64,000 nt of DNA. Source: Squalus acanthias. Its lineage: Eukaryota. Shown here piece after piece: positions 51,278-63,830 of this stretch (the first letter of the stretch is position 1; every line of letters starts with the position of its first letter). Under the pieces are notes generated by a model. It was not told where the DNA came from, did not search any database, and saw only the letters and a list, made by a program, of their open reading frames with translations. The stretch is taken from assembly GCA_030390025.1 (NCBI GenBank), contig CM059432.1:129210001-129274000 (forward strand), read 5' to 3'. Position numbers and translations under genes: made by a program.

Positions 51278-51470
51278 AAAACAGAAAGTGCTGGAAACAC
51301 TCAGCAGGCAGGCACATCTGAGGAGAGAACAGACACGTTGATATTTCGGCTCTCATGAAGAGGCCACACCCAAAACATCGACTTGCCTCTTCTCTTCACA
51401 GATGCTGCCTGGCGCGCTTGAGTGTTTCCAGCATTTTCTGTTTCAGATTTCCATCATCTGTGTGTTTTTT
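51278..51470. mobile_element. Inverted pair of Penelope-like terminal repeats with a decayed hammerhead
   Basis: aaacagaaagtgctggaaacactcagcagg..catctg is inverted relative to cagatgctgcctgg..gagtgtttccagcattttctgttt. Confidence 0.65.
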
Positions 51471-52128
51471 TGCCTATATAAATAACAAAGTGTGTCTCTC
51501 TCCCGCCCCATTCTACAGTTCTTTCTAAACAGAGACATTTTCTTTGTTTTAGATTTGCGTAACACAAGATTTGACTGCAATTCCGTGAAGCAATACCAAG
51601 GAATTACTTGGCAGACTGAGCATTTCCCTCACTGAAGGTGCTTTTACACTGTAAGAGAGAGCTGACGACAGATGAGGTGCTGCTGGACTGAAGATTAAAA
51701 CGATATTATCCTAGAATGGTTACATTAGAATGGTTACAGCACGGAAGAAGGCCATTCACCCCGTCAAGCCCGTGCCGAAATTGTTTTCGATATTTTTGCA
51801 CCTCACTTTGATGGAGCAATGTGAAACAGATGAGATTTCAGAAGTGCAGTCAAATCTTATGCAAACCTGAAACAGTTGAAGAAATTTTGGACTCTACAAT
51901 GTAAACAAACCCATGTTCCTGGAACCAACGACATTGTGGACCCATGAAAACATGGGACTGCGGCTCTGCTGGACTGGGAGCTGGATTTGCACATTCGTCA
52001 CTGTGCCTACAAGAGAGTTTGACCCAGCCCAAGTGTAAAAGTGAGTGAGGCACAAAGGTCAATTTCCTGGAAACAGGATGTGTAGTAGTGTTGTAAGTAT
52101 GAAAGTGCCTTTAAAGTACTTTTGTATT

Positions 52129-52872
52129 AACCTTGGTGTCATATTTGACCCTGAAATGAGTTTCCGACCGCATATCTGCGGCATAACTAAGACCGCCTAT
52201 TTCCACCTCCGTAACATCGCCCGTTTCCTCCCCCTGCCTCAGCTCATCCGCTGCTGAAACCCTCATCCATGCCTTTGTTACCTCCACACTTGACTATTCC
52301 AACGCACACCTGGCCGGCCTCCCACGTTCTACCCTACGTAAACTTGAGGTCATCCAAAACTCGGCTGCCCGTGTCCTAACTCGCACCAAGTCCCATTCGC
52401 CCATCTCCCCTGTGCTCGCTGACCTACATTGGCTCCTGGTTAAGCAACGCCCTGACTTCAAAATTCTCATCCTTGTTTTCAAATCCCTCCATGGCCTCGC
52501 CCCTTCCTATCTCTGTAATCTCCTTCAGCCCCACAATGCACCCCCCCACCCCCACCCCCACCCCCGGAGATATCTGCGCTCCTCTAATTTTGCCCTCTTG
52601 ACCATCCCTGATTATAATCGCTCAACCATTGGTGGCCGTGCCTTCTGTTGCCTAGGCCCTAAGCTCTGGAATTCCCTGCCTAAACCTCTCCGCCTCACTA
52701 CCTCCTTTAAGATGCTCCTTTAAACCTACCTCTTTGACCAAGCTTTTGGTCACCTGCCCTAATTTCTCCTTGTGTGGCTCGGTGTCAAATTTTTTGTTTT
52801 ATAATACGTCTGGGAAGCGCCTTGCGACGTTTTACTACGTTAAAGACGCTATATAAATACAAGTTGTTGTTG
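52129..52872 (+). mobile_element. L2 LINE 3' fragment
   Basis: [39 protein letters not shown] plus (gtt)n tail. Confidence 0.9.
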
Positions 52873-55109
52873 TTTTGTGACTTCATCTGGTCTGGGACAG
52901 CAACGTTCCATCTGCTTGTTCTCTGCTTTCACACTCAGACTGGGAAGCTGGTCTCTTTAAGGCAGGGTACGTGTGCATGGGGCCAGCTCCCCACATTTAC
53001 ACTACGAAAACAAACTCCCATCATCCAGATGGTAAAGTCGTAGTCCCACATTTCCCTGGGCTTATCGTGCCATTTGGATAAGGGAACCAGGTGGATGGAC
53101 ATACTATGGCTTGCCTCTGACATAAGGACACTGTGGCGGATCGCCACCTAAACGGACATTATCCACTTTTCCGTCCGTGGACAATATATCGGGCACCTTG
53201 CCTTTAAGGCACCTTGCCTTTAAGGCAGGAGAAAAGGAGTGGGCTGGGCCTCAGGATTTTTCCAGAGAATTCTGGGAGCAGTTGGTTTCAGCCATTTTGG
53301 ACCATGCAGTTGTATTAAAAAGCCTTTGTTTTCCACACATGGATTCAGTCTTAATTCGTGTTTCGCGGCAGCCTCAACAACACCACCTTTACCTCCATCA
53401 GCTGTACTCGTATGAACCTGGAAATCGCTGCGAGTGTGCTATTGAGAAGTTAAATGAGGGTCATTTTGGGTTTTAAGGGGTACAAAGAATGATGCTTAAC
53501 TCAAGATTTTACCATTTTTCAACAGGCGGTCTACAAAGCGGGCTTTAACAGTTGCACAACCAACCAGCCAACAGAGCAGAAGAAACAATAATCTTCGTAA
53601 TTAATTGCGACCTGCAGTTAGAAGACATTGAAGCAGCTGACATGGTGTTGAGGAGGTCAGGCCAGCTTATTACCTGACAAAAAATTGCTGAGGATTGGGA
53701 CATTGCAATGTGAGGTGAGGCAGGTTTTCTGCTTCGGTGCAGGAAGGTGTAGGACAATATAGTTTGTGCACTTTATAGATGTGGTATGCAGGTTTGAAGA
53801 AACGGTTCTGGACTTATCGCTGAAATAGCACCAAAACTGCACTTTCACCTCTCAGCGTAATTCCGCCAAGAACCAGCCCAGTTTTCCTCAGTGCAGCCTC
53901 CTGGCACTATTACACCCTCTATAGGCAGTCTGCCTCTGAGGGAGAGCAGAAAATTCAGTGCCACTTTAGCAACTGAATGAGCCAAGGCAGCCATTTTGAG
54001 AGTGTAATGCCGACAGTGCCTGATCAGCCTAGCATCTCTGCGGTAGTCCGCTCCATCCTCCTCCTCCTCTTCCTCAAAGCAGAGGAATGGGGGGTGGCCT
54101 AAGGAAGTCGCCATCGCTTTCCGAGGCCCAGCCTGCAACCTTAAAACTTGAAAGAAAACCTAAAATATGTTAAAAAAAATGTAAATATATTTTAAAAAGT
54201 AATTAAGGAAGTTTTAAAGGAAACTTAAAAACCTAAATATACTGTACATTTTTATTTAAATAATATTGTTACAGAAAAGGTCCCTTTAGTTGCCCCGGGT
54301 CCTTCGTGGTCTTCATCTATTGAGCCCCTCTGGCCTGCCCCAAAGCCCCTTTCCCAGAGGCGTTCTTTTTTGCCAGTGGGCAGGGAAATGGGTCTCTGCA
54401 GCAAATCCTGCCTCTCCCTGTATTTGCTTGCAGCAGGTGAGGACGTGGTGGACATTGCTGGCTACTCCCAGCAAGTGATAAGAATGTACAGCCAATAGGT
54501 TTTTGGGGCAGGGGTGCAGTGTTGGGCATTGCCACCCAACGTTCCTCTATTGGTCACCTCGGGCACAGCCAACAAAGGGCAATGAGGTGGGAGAAAATCT
54601 AGCCTATTATGTAGCTATGACATTCATTAACTTCTTAAAGCTGTACCTGTATTGCGAAGCCTATGGCTCATGTATCATCTCTCAATCTCACTCTGTTACA
54701 GGATGAACTCCCAGGGAAGCAAGGGATTCACCTATATGATTCTGTGCTGTGGTCGCTGGACATTGTGAGAATAAGTCTCTGTTTCAAAGGGCTGAATGGC
54801 AACGTGGCTGCCTCAGTGACCCCCTGGACTCTGGGAAAGGCCGCAGATCTGTTGAAGTTGTGTTGCCCTATCACATTGCAGCCATTGGTCAGTGGCAAAA
54901 GTTATGAGGTTGTTGACCCTGCTGAATAATGCATTTGTGCTCTCTTTGATACCCTTGTGGACAGCAAACTGGCTGACACTACAGATGTCTCCAGGGCTGG
55001 TCAAAAAGGGGCTGACACAATGAAACAAGCTGACTTTGATGGCTACTGGTAATGCAACACGCAGTCTGGAAGTCTTTCTGAAGGAGATGCTGTGATAAGT
55101 GAAATGTAG

Positions 55110-55607
55110 GCGTAACTGGGGTTTTAACAGCGTATTGACTGCTAAACAAATGTTATGGCCCTGAAAAACTCATTTTAATTTTGTGGAGTGTCAAATTTCT
55201 ACATTATGATGAAAATTAACATTTTTAAGAAACATTTAAAAAAAACAATTATTGAAATATTTTTAAAAAGTTTGTTCATATTTATTTCTGGTTTACCTTT
55301 TCCCCATGTGAGAACCCCAATCTTGGTTTTGCTCTCTGTAGCATTTTTAAAAAGTCAGAATAAAAGCAGCTTCTTCATCTCCTGGTTCCCTGTCTGTGAG
55401 AATTCTGCATTGCGATTGGCTGCTTAGACAGCCTGTTGACGGCACAGCAGATCGCGGGAAGGATTCCCCATTATAGAGCACTGCAATCTCTTAGGTATCG
55501 GAAAAGGCAAACTTCTCGCCAGAGAAATTGTGAGATCTCTGTGGGTAGGTATCTTTGGGGCCAATGGTAAATGCCTTTGCTTCACCGCTGACTGCAAATT
55601 CCGGGCC
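55110..55607. mobile_element. Partial MITE (right TIR gcaaattccgggcc)
   Basis: AT-rich core and TIR-like end similar to the other MITEs; left end not found. Confidence 0.45.
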
Positions 55608-55696
55608 ATGAAGTTTCAGCTGAAGTATGAAGGCCTTTCACTGGGTCTTAAACCACAGCCTCTGGTTCAATGAGGACTAACAGCACATTACACTTG

Positions 55697-57352
55697 CAAA
55701 GCTGGGTGGGAATGTAAGTTGTGAGGAGGATGCAAGGAGGCTTCAGGGGGATATAGACAGGCTAAGTGAGTGGACAAGAACATGGCAAATGGAATACAAT
55801 GTGGAGAAATGTGAAGTTATCCACTTTGGTAGGAAAAATAGAAAAGCAGAGTATTTTTTAAATGGTGAGAGATTGGGAAATGTTGGTGTTCAGAGGGACC
55901 TGGGTGTCCTTGTACACGAATCACTGAAAGTTAACATGCAGATACAGCAAGCAATTAGGAAAGCAAATGGTATGTTGGCCTTTATTATAAGAGGATTTGA
56001 GTATAAGAGTAAAGATGTCTTACTGCAATTATATAGGGCCCCGGTGAGACCACACCTGGAATATTGTGTACAGATTTGGTCTCCTTACCTAAGGAAGGAT
56101 ATACTTGCCGTGGAGGGAGTGCAACGAAGGTTCACCAGACTGGTTCCTGGGATGGGGGGATTGTCCTATGAGGAGAGGTTGGGGGAAAAAGTGAGTCGCG
56201 CCCCCTTTGGGGCGCAAACTTCGCCAGGGTGCAACCCGAAAAAATTAGCGCCTCCGCGGCCGATTCTCACAGGTAGCGCCCCGCGTCCCTCTTGGGGCGC
56301 TGCGAGGAAATATCACGACGCTACGTGCCGCAGCGCCACATGCTGCAGCACATCGCGCTGCGGTACTGCAGGCCTTCCTCCCCTTATTAAAGGGGAGGGG
56401 CCTGGCGCAGCATGTCCCGGCGCCCAGCTGGGCCACCAGGGATCAGGAGTGCCGGCAAACGATCCTGGCACTCAAGAGGAGTGCCGGGCTCACGGAGAGC
56501 AGCCGGTACCCCGCGGGGAGCTTCATGGGGGCAGGGGACAGCAACGGGGGCAGGTGCTGGCAGGCGGCCAGCAACAAAATGGTCGCCCGCCACCACCCCT
56601 TAAATAGCGCCGCCCCGGCCGCAGGTAGGCCCCCCTGACCCCGTCGGGCATAGCGTGCGGCGGTAAGTCAGGGGGCGCTACTGAAGATCGCGGCCGGGGC
56701 GCGAATGGGGCGCTGCGCATGGCGATGATGTCATCGCCGGCGGCGCAGCACCACGGGGTGCTGACGGTTACCGCGGGGTGCTAACGGTTACTGCCGCCGC
56801 TAACCTGCTGAATTTCACGGGAGGCGTTGCCAGCGCCGCGCCCGGGTGCTAATTGCTTTGCACCCCCGTTAGCGCCCTAAAAGGGGCAAAGCAACAGAAT
56901 TTTTCCCCCAAGGAGTAGACTCAGCCTATATTCTCTAGAGTTTAGAAGAATGAGAGGTGATCTCATTGAAACATAGAAAATTCTTACAGCGCTTGACAGG
57001 GTAGATGCAGGGAGGATGTTTCCCCTGGCTGGGGAGTCTAGAACCAGGGGTCACAGTCTCAGAATAAGGGGTCGGCCATTTAGGACTGAGATTAGGAGAA
57101 ATTTCTTCACTGAGGGTAGTGAATCTCTGGAATTCTCTACCCCAGAGGGCTGTGGAGGCTCAGTCGTTGAGTATATTCAAGACAGAGATCGATGGATTTT
57201 TGAATATTAAGGGAATCAAGGGATGTGGGGATAGTGCAGGAAAGTGGAGATGAGGTAGAAGATCAGCCATGATCTTATTGAATGGCGGAGCAGGCTCGAA
57301 GGGCCAAATGGCCTAGTCCTGCTCCTATTTCTTATGTTCTTATGTTCTTATG
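55697..57352 (+). mobile_element. CR1 3' fragment split by a MITE
   Basis: WQMEYNVEKCEVIHFG..DLGVLV..RPHLEYCVQ; (ttcttatg)n tail. Confidence 0.92.
56181..56909. mobile_element. Family B MITE (reverse)
   Basis: TIR gggggaaaaa/tttttccccc; interrupts CR1 at gagag[att]gagtagac. Confidence 0.88.
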
Positions 57353-59298
57353 ATGAGATAGCATTTGGAATATGGGCAGGGGGCAGGGTGTTGGAGGAGG
57401 TGGCACACTTGACAAGATATTGTATTGGCAATAATAAGGTTAATAACTATCGCCTGTCTTCACCATTATAGCACTCAGAACCAGCTTTCGCTCTGCAGCA
57501 ATTTTGCTACATTCAGCAGAAGGGCAGTAAATGTACGATAAATGACACTCACTAAATTACTGATTAGTAATGCTTCAATACCACAGGCAGACTTAATAGA
57601 GACAGTAATTAATTTCCAGACTCTGGTGTGAAAGTTTAGTTACCATAATTGCTCTAAAGGTTCAGCTCTGTTATTAATATAATCAGCTCGCTTGTAGACA
57701 ACCGCCATTTCAAGCTAATGAGTTGTGAGCTGAGGTAAGTTAGCTGATAACATTTATATAATAAAAAGCGATAGACATTATGCCCATTGACATTGCAGCT
57801 CCTGCTTCTTTTGTTCAGGCACTCGTAGCTGTGCTTTGTTTCGTTTACAGAGCCAAGCCTGAGCTCTTATCAATTTTAGAAGCCCTTTGTCTACTGTACA
57901 AACACATTTTCCTTAGCTTATCAAATAGTAATAATAACCTTCACCACAGCCAAAAATTACAAAAATGAAAGGTCGCAGAAATGTGATCTGACGGTGTTCT
58001 TCCCGAAACTCTGGGGGGCGATTGAGTAATACGAAGTAAATCGCTGTAATTGTCGCTTGTCAGGAATAGTGATTTGAATGAAGCAAGACATTTTGTCACG
58101 CTGTGCAACATGACAGTGTGAGAATCAACGGCTGTCTATTCTGGCCAGATAGCTGAAATCTTACTGCATTCTTAACAGAAAATCTTTGATGACCACAATG
58201 TCAGGTTACCCCATATTTGCTAACTGTCCTATTTTTCTTGGGACAATACCGTACTAAGTTATCTCTTCAGTATGCACGACTCTGAAATAACACGCAAAAA
58301 GAAATTCCATCCCGTTAAACACTTGCTTTCTATAAGGTGAATGTCCTTGACCTACCCCCTCCCCGCAGCATAGAATATCAGGGGACAGCAGTTTGCAAAG
58401 TTGTCATCTATGGATTAACCTGCTGTGGAGTACTCATGTGGCATCTGTGAATAGGAATATACAACGAACTCCTGGAGCTACATCCATTGCCAGTATCAAC
58501 TAGAACAGGATCATTTAATCATCAATATATTGACATATAGTTAGTGCCAATTGAAACAATCTTTTTTTTGAACCTTTATTTCCATTTACAAGTTTTTTAA
58601 AAATTAAAACCTATTTTTAAACCTTCTCGGTTGAATTTCTGCAGGGATTCTCCCAATCCGCCACCCTAACTTCGTTTATACCATTTTTCCGGGGTTTCCA
58701 AGGCTCTTCCGTCAAAGTTACTAATTATATTCCAATGGATTGATGAATAAATGATCCTGTTCCAATTGGCGCTGGCAATGGATGCAGCTGGAGGGGGTCA
58801 TTGTATACTCCCATTCACAGAGACAGATTCCTGTCTGATCTGGCCCTAAAGCTTCCAGCTTCTCACCCAACCTCAAGTGTTGCAGCCAGTTTTCATTCGG
58901 AGTAATGCCTGAAGCATTCACCACCAGCGACAAGGAGATAGAGGATATCATTGGAGAACAGAAACGTAACCAATAGTTGAGGCAGTTTTCGTGGGGGAGT
59001 CAGATCAGAACTTGCAAAATGGCTCCGTAAAAGTCAAGTTAGGGCAGGAGAAAAACTGAGGGGCAATTTTGAACAAGGAATCCTTTGTTAGATGAAATTC
59101 AGTCAAAGAGACCATTACAGTTGGAGTGGACGATCGAGGAAACTTAATTTCATAAGCCGCCAGATTTAAGGACAAGAGGAAGGTCAGGCTGAGAAGTTGT
59201 TAACGAAAACCAGATTTCCCCACACTCCCGACTCAACCATGAGTACAGCCAGCTTCGCTGCATTGAGTATCCTGTAGGCAGTGAATTTGAAAAATGGG

Positions 59299-59425
59299 TC
59301 AACTAAGTATTGGGAAGGCTGAAGCCATTGTCTTTGGTCCCCGTCACAAACTCCGTCCCCTAGCCACTGCCTCCATCCCTCTCTCTGGCCACTGTCTGAG
59401 GCTGAACCAGGCCATTCACCACCGT
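59299..59425 (+). mobile_element. L2 RT fragment
   Basis: QLSIGKAEAIVFGPRHKL. Confidence 0.7.
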
Positions 59426-61850
59426 GGGCCAGAATCTTACCGGCGCTGTGAGGGTGAGTTTAGAGGCGGGTCTGCTGTCAAACTGGCATTAATTGACAGC
59501 GGGATGGAAGAACCCACCTCCTTGTTAATTTCCCAAGTGCCGGCTGTGCCTGCGGTTGGCAGACCCGGCACTAAGCGGCGGGTCAGGCAATTGAGATACT
59601 TAAGAAGTTGCTAAAAGGTATTTAAGCAGCATTTTACCAGGTCCTAACGATCTTTCCACGTTTTTTACGAGGTTCCTGGCGCTCGGGGATCACGTCAGGT
59701 AAGTGTGTCAGGTTCTCAATGACTGTCCATTGCTGTGAATAGTTGACAGCTGCAAAAGTGGTATAAAAGCTACCATTTCACAACTGTTCAATTTCCAATC
59801 TTAGAGGCTGGAGCCGTCAGGATTTGGAACACACTTTTCAGCTTTATGGAGGTTTGAAGTGTTTGGAGCAAACTCTCTATCCAGTGTCACCTCCTTGGAG
59901 CAACCTCTCTCACCATTGACAGATATTCACAATCCACATCAATGATTTGGATGAGGGGACCAAATGTAATATATCGAAGTTTGCTGATGATACAAAGCTG
60001 GGTGGGATTGTAAGTTGTGAGGAGGATGCAAGGAGGCTTCAAGGGGATATCGACAAGCTAAGTGAGTGGGCAAGAACATGACAAATGGAATATAATGTGG
60101 AGAAATGTGAAGTTATCTACTTTGGTAGAAAAAATAGAAAAGCAGAGTATTTTTTAAATGGTGAGAGATTGGGAAATGTTGGTGTTCAGAGGAACCTGGG
60201 TGTCCTTGTAGATGAATCACTGAAAGTTAACATGCAGGTACAGCAAGCAATTAGGAAAGCAAATGGTATGTTGGCCTTTATTACAAGAGGATTTGAATAT
60301 CAGAGTCAAGATATCTTACTGCAATTATATAGGGCCCTGGTGAGACCATATCTCGAGTATTGTGTACAGTTTTGGTCTCCTTACCTAAGGAAGGATATAC
60401 TTGCCATAGAGGGAGTGCAACGAAGGTTCACCAGACTGATTCCTGGGATGGGGGGATTGTCCTATGAGGAGAGATTGAGTAGACGAGGCCTATATTCTCT
60501 AGAGTTTAGAAGAATGAGAGGTGATCTCATTGAAACATACAAAATTCTTACAGGGCTTGACAGGGTAGATGCAGTGAGGATGTTTCCCCTGGCTGGGGAG
60601 TCTAGAACCAGGGGTCACAGTCTCAGAATAAGGGGTCGGCCATTTAGGACTGAGATGAGGAGAAATTTCTTTACTCAGAGGGTAGTGAATCTTTGGAATT
60701 CTCTACTCCAGAGGGCTGTGGAGGCTCAGTCATTGAGTGTATTCAAGTCAGAGATCGATAGATTTTTGGATATTAAGGGAATCAAGGGATACGAGGATAG
60801 TGCAGGAAAGTGGAGTTGAGGTCGATGATCAGCTATGATCTTATTGAATGGCGGAGCAGACTCGAAGGGCCAAATTACCTACTCCTGCTCCTATTTCTTA
60901 TGTTCTTAGGTCCTTATCTCAACTTCAGCTGCCATCTATTCCATCAGCATCAGTGCCCTTGAAAAATTCTCACCTTGGTCTTCAGAATCCCACCACAATC
61001 AGCCCCAACATCAGCATCACCAGGCACACCAGCAGCACCAACAACAACACCAACGCTGCCCTGGACACAGGGCATCAGCACCCGACCACATTGCTGCCCG
61101 GGAGGCCAGGGATGGTCTCACCATGGCCAGATTTACTTCACTTGATGCTGTACACCCTGGCTGCCACATGATGCGCCAGGTTGGCACCACCCTACACCAA
61201 CACCATAAAGCTTCGCTACAATGCCCAAGCCATTCATATCACACTCATCACCATTGGGGGGGGGGGGTTACGGTTATGTCTCACCATTCACTGCAACTCA
61301 CTAAGCCACTTCCAAAGGTGCGCACAGATCTGTTCAAGAAGGCAAAGTGTTGAAAATAAAGATTTCAATGTTTGACAACACATTAACAGAAACTTTACAT
61401 GAACATTGGCGATAACACCCAAGTGCCTACCCTTGTGTGTTGTTAGTTGGTATGATTGGACAAGGATGAGGGTGAGTGTGAGGGGTGGCTAGTGAGATGG
61501 GGAAATGATAATGTAGCTAGAGAGGGATGGGTGGAGGTGCAAGGTAAGTTGGTGTGAGTAAGGATGTGCAGGAGTAGGGTGGGGAAGGCAGAGTGATGGG
61601 GATGTGATGAGTGGCACAGCAGGATGAGATTGAGTGTGGCTTTGTAGTAACGTTTTGTGATCTACTGAGATCATTGAAAGGTTTGCGCCACTGTATCCTG
61701 GTCCTCCTGATGACATCCCTGCTTGTGCCCTCCTGTGCAATGTGTAACCAGGCTACGTTGGTCTCCTGGGGAGGCCTCTTCCGCCCATGGGAAGGGAAGA
61801 GAACCTCCCTGTGTGCTGTGACTCCCTCCATAAGCATAGGGGGGGGGGGG
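59426..61850. mobile_element. Harbinger deletion derivative with a Myb/SANT exon (minus strand, ~61660-61835), split by CR1
   Basis: MLMEGVTAHREVLFPSHGRKRPPQETNVAWLHIAQEGTSRDVIRRTRIQWRKPFNDLSRS; colinear with 40717-42384. Confidence 0.82.
59924..60908 (+). mobile_element. CR1 3' fragment (RT C-terminus; 244-aa open segment)
   Basis: INDLDEG..SKFADDTKL..LEYCVQFWSP..WNSL. Confidence 0.93.
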
Positions 61851-63117
61851 CTGCTGGGGTCGAGAAACCTTTGGCGGGGGGTGGTGAAAGAGTAGAACTC
61901 AGTCAAAATGAACGGCAGGTCTCAGTAAGTGCAAAGCAAACTAAATAATACGTTGAAAAAGTGTTTCCTGAAACCAGCCATCAGTTGGAGGACTCTTCAA
62001 AGCTCTCAAACTCCTCACTCTTCCCTGGATAAGGTGACGGGGGAGGAGGGGTGGGGGAGGGGGACCTAATGCTCCTCATTTCTCTGGGTGTAAGTTACCC
62101 CGAGTGCAATAGGCGTGCAAAAACCAAGAAACTCAGGTCTCCAGTGCTACTGGCTGAAAGGCGTGCCATGGAAACGAGGCCTGTGGGCGGGCGGATTGCG
62201 GAAAGGACCAAAAAGGTCGTGTAAGCTCAGGGTAAGCGATTTGGAGGCAAATGTCCCCATTTGAAATTGATCCTGTAAGTATGTGAGGAACGCGGAAGAA
62301 ATTCATTCCCAGTTACTCGATACACAGCATTTCATAAAAATGTACAGGGCCCGACTATGAAGTTGAATGATTAGAATCAATAATATGTCTGCTGCCAGGG
62401 GGGGGGGATCAGTTTAAGTGGGTTTATGGCGATGTCCGATAGAAGGAGGAAAAGAAATTTGTGTAAGTTGTCCTTGGATAACGCCATGCAAAGTAGATTA
62501 AGCCTGTGACAGAGAATGGATATGTGTGTTTATTGATGAACAATGGAAATATTTGCATAAGACTCTTGTAACTTCAGTCCATCTGGATGACAGATTAACC
62601 TGGGGGCAAAACTGTTTGCAGCAGATGCTTCAAGGTGTGGGAATTATTCTTCAGAACATTCCTAAGTTGCTTGCTAGACAAGATGCTATTTTGTTCTTGT
62701 GCCCAAGAGATACACCTGAGATGCACAGTGCAAACAAATTACATACAAATGGAGGCAAATTATACCATAGAGCAGATCACTTAATTGTTGTTTGTTAAAT
62801 CGAATGTGAACATGATATGAAGCTGGTATCACTAGATCAATGCTAACCACAGAAGCAACTGTCAGGGATGTATGCTTTTTAAATATTTTATAGCATTGGC
62901 GTTTTGTATAGATTACAAGTGCAAACATGATTCTGTGCCTGCAACCTTGTGACTGTCAGAAGTATTAATGTGCACTGCACTGAACGTCACAGGAGTGTTT
63001 AAATGCGCCAAGCACTGAAATAGCTTTTCTTCCCCTTTCTTTTTTTCTCCCATGTCCTGAGTAGGAGGGACACATGTTGTGGTACAGTTCCTCCAGGCAT
63101 TGCCATTCTTTTTCATA

Positions 63118-63587
63118 AAGAAAGAAAGACTTGCATTTCTATAGCGCCTTTCACAACCACCGGACGTCTCAAAGTGCTTTACAGCCAATGAAGTACTTTC
63201 GAAGTGGAGTCACTGTTGTAATGTGGGAAACGCAGCAGCCAATTTGCGCACAGCAAGCTCCCACTAACAGCAATGTGATAATGACCAGATAATCTGTTTT
63301 GGTTATGTTGGCTGAGGGAGAAATATTGGTCAGGACACCGGGGATAACTCCCCTACTCTTCTTCGAAATAGTGCCATGGGATCTTTTACGTCCATTTTAC
63401 GAGGGCAGACAGGGCCTCGGTTTAATGTCTTATCCAAAAGACGGCACCTCCGACAGTGCAGCACTTCCTCAGTACTGCTCTGGAGTGTCAGCCTAGCGTT
63501 ATGTGCTCAAGTCCCTGAAGTGGGACTTGAACCCACAACCGTCTGACTCAGAGGCGAGTGTCCTCCCAACTGAGCCACAGCTGACAC
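63118..63587 (-). mobile_element. Full-length Deu-SINE
   Basis: Tail, core and tRNA head. Confidence 0.92.
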
Positions 63588-63679
63588 GCTGCACCATTTT
63601 CTTTTACATGGGCCTAGTTAGTGAGCTTTGGCCAACTGTCTATTCGAACCAAGCTCAACCTATCGCCCTGGAGCCATAC

Positions 63680-63830
63680 TAGGGTTGCCAACTGCAGTTG
63701 GAGGCATTCCTGGAGATTTAATCACATGTCATTCTGACCATATGACATTTGACACGTGATGCCAGATCACGTGGCGTCTTATCATGTAACATCTGATCAC
63801 GTGACATCTGCAAATATCATTGTATTTACC
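63680..63830. mobile_element. Left end of a hAT-like element (TIR tagggttgccaac)
   Basis: Homologous to the start of 1341-1704; right end not in view. Confidence 0.55.

Noticed and set aside
53192..53227. Short tandem duplications (also near 19061-19102 and 45650-45672)
   Set aside because: Two-copy slippage duplications with no spacer structure; not CRISPR-like.
53526..53670. Coding exon after a good splice acceptor (tttttcaacag)
   Set aside because: All three frames reach stops within about 80 nt.
55789..56607. Longest ORF (272 aa) as a novel gene
   Set aside because: It is a chance read-through from CR1 ORF2 into a GC-rich MITE at 56181.
52129..59425. L2 piece at 59299-59425 ends where the piece at 52129 begins, suggesting a rearranged single copy
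   Set aside because: The order is reversed, there is no shared TSD or MITE end at 52129, and L2 is abundant, so coincidence cannot be excluded.
60085..60819. 244-aa ORF as a host gene
   Set aside because: It is the C-terminus of a 5'-truncated CR1 ORF2, with an in-frame stop just upstream.
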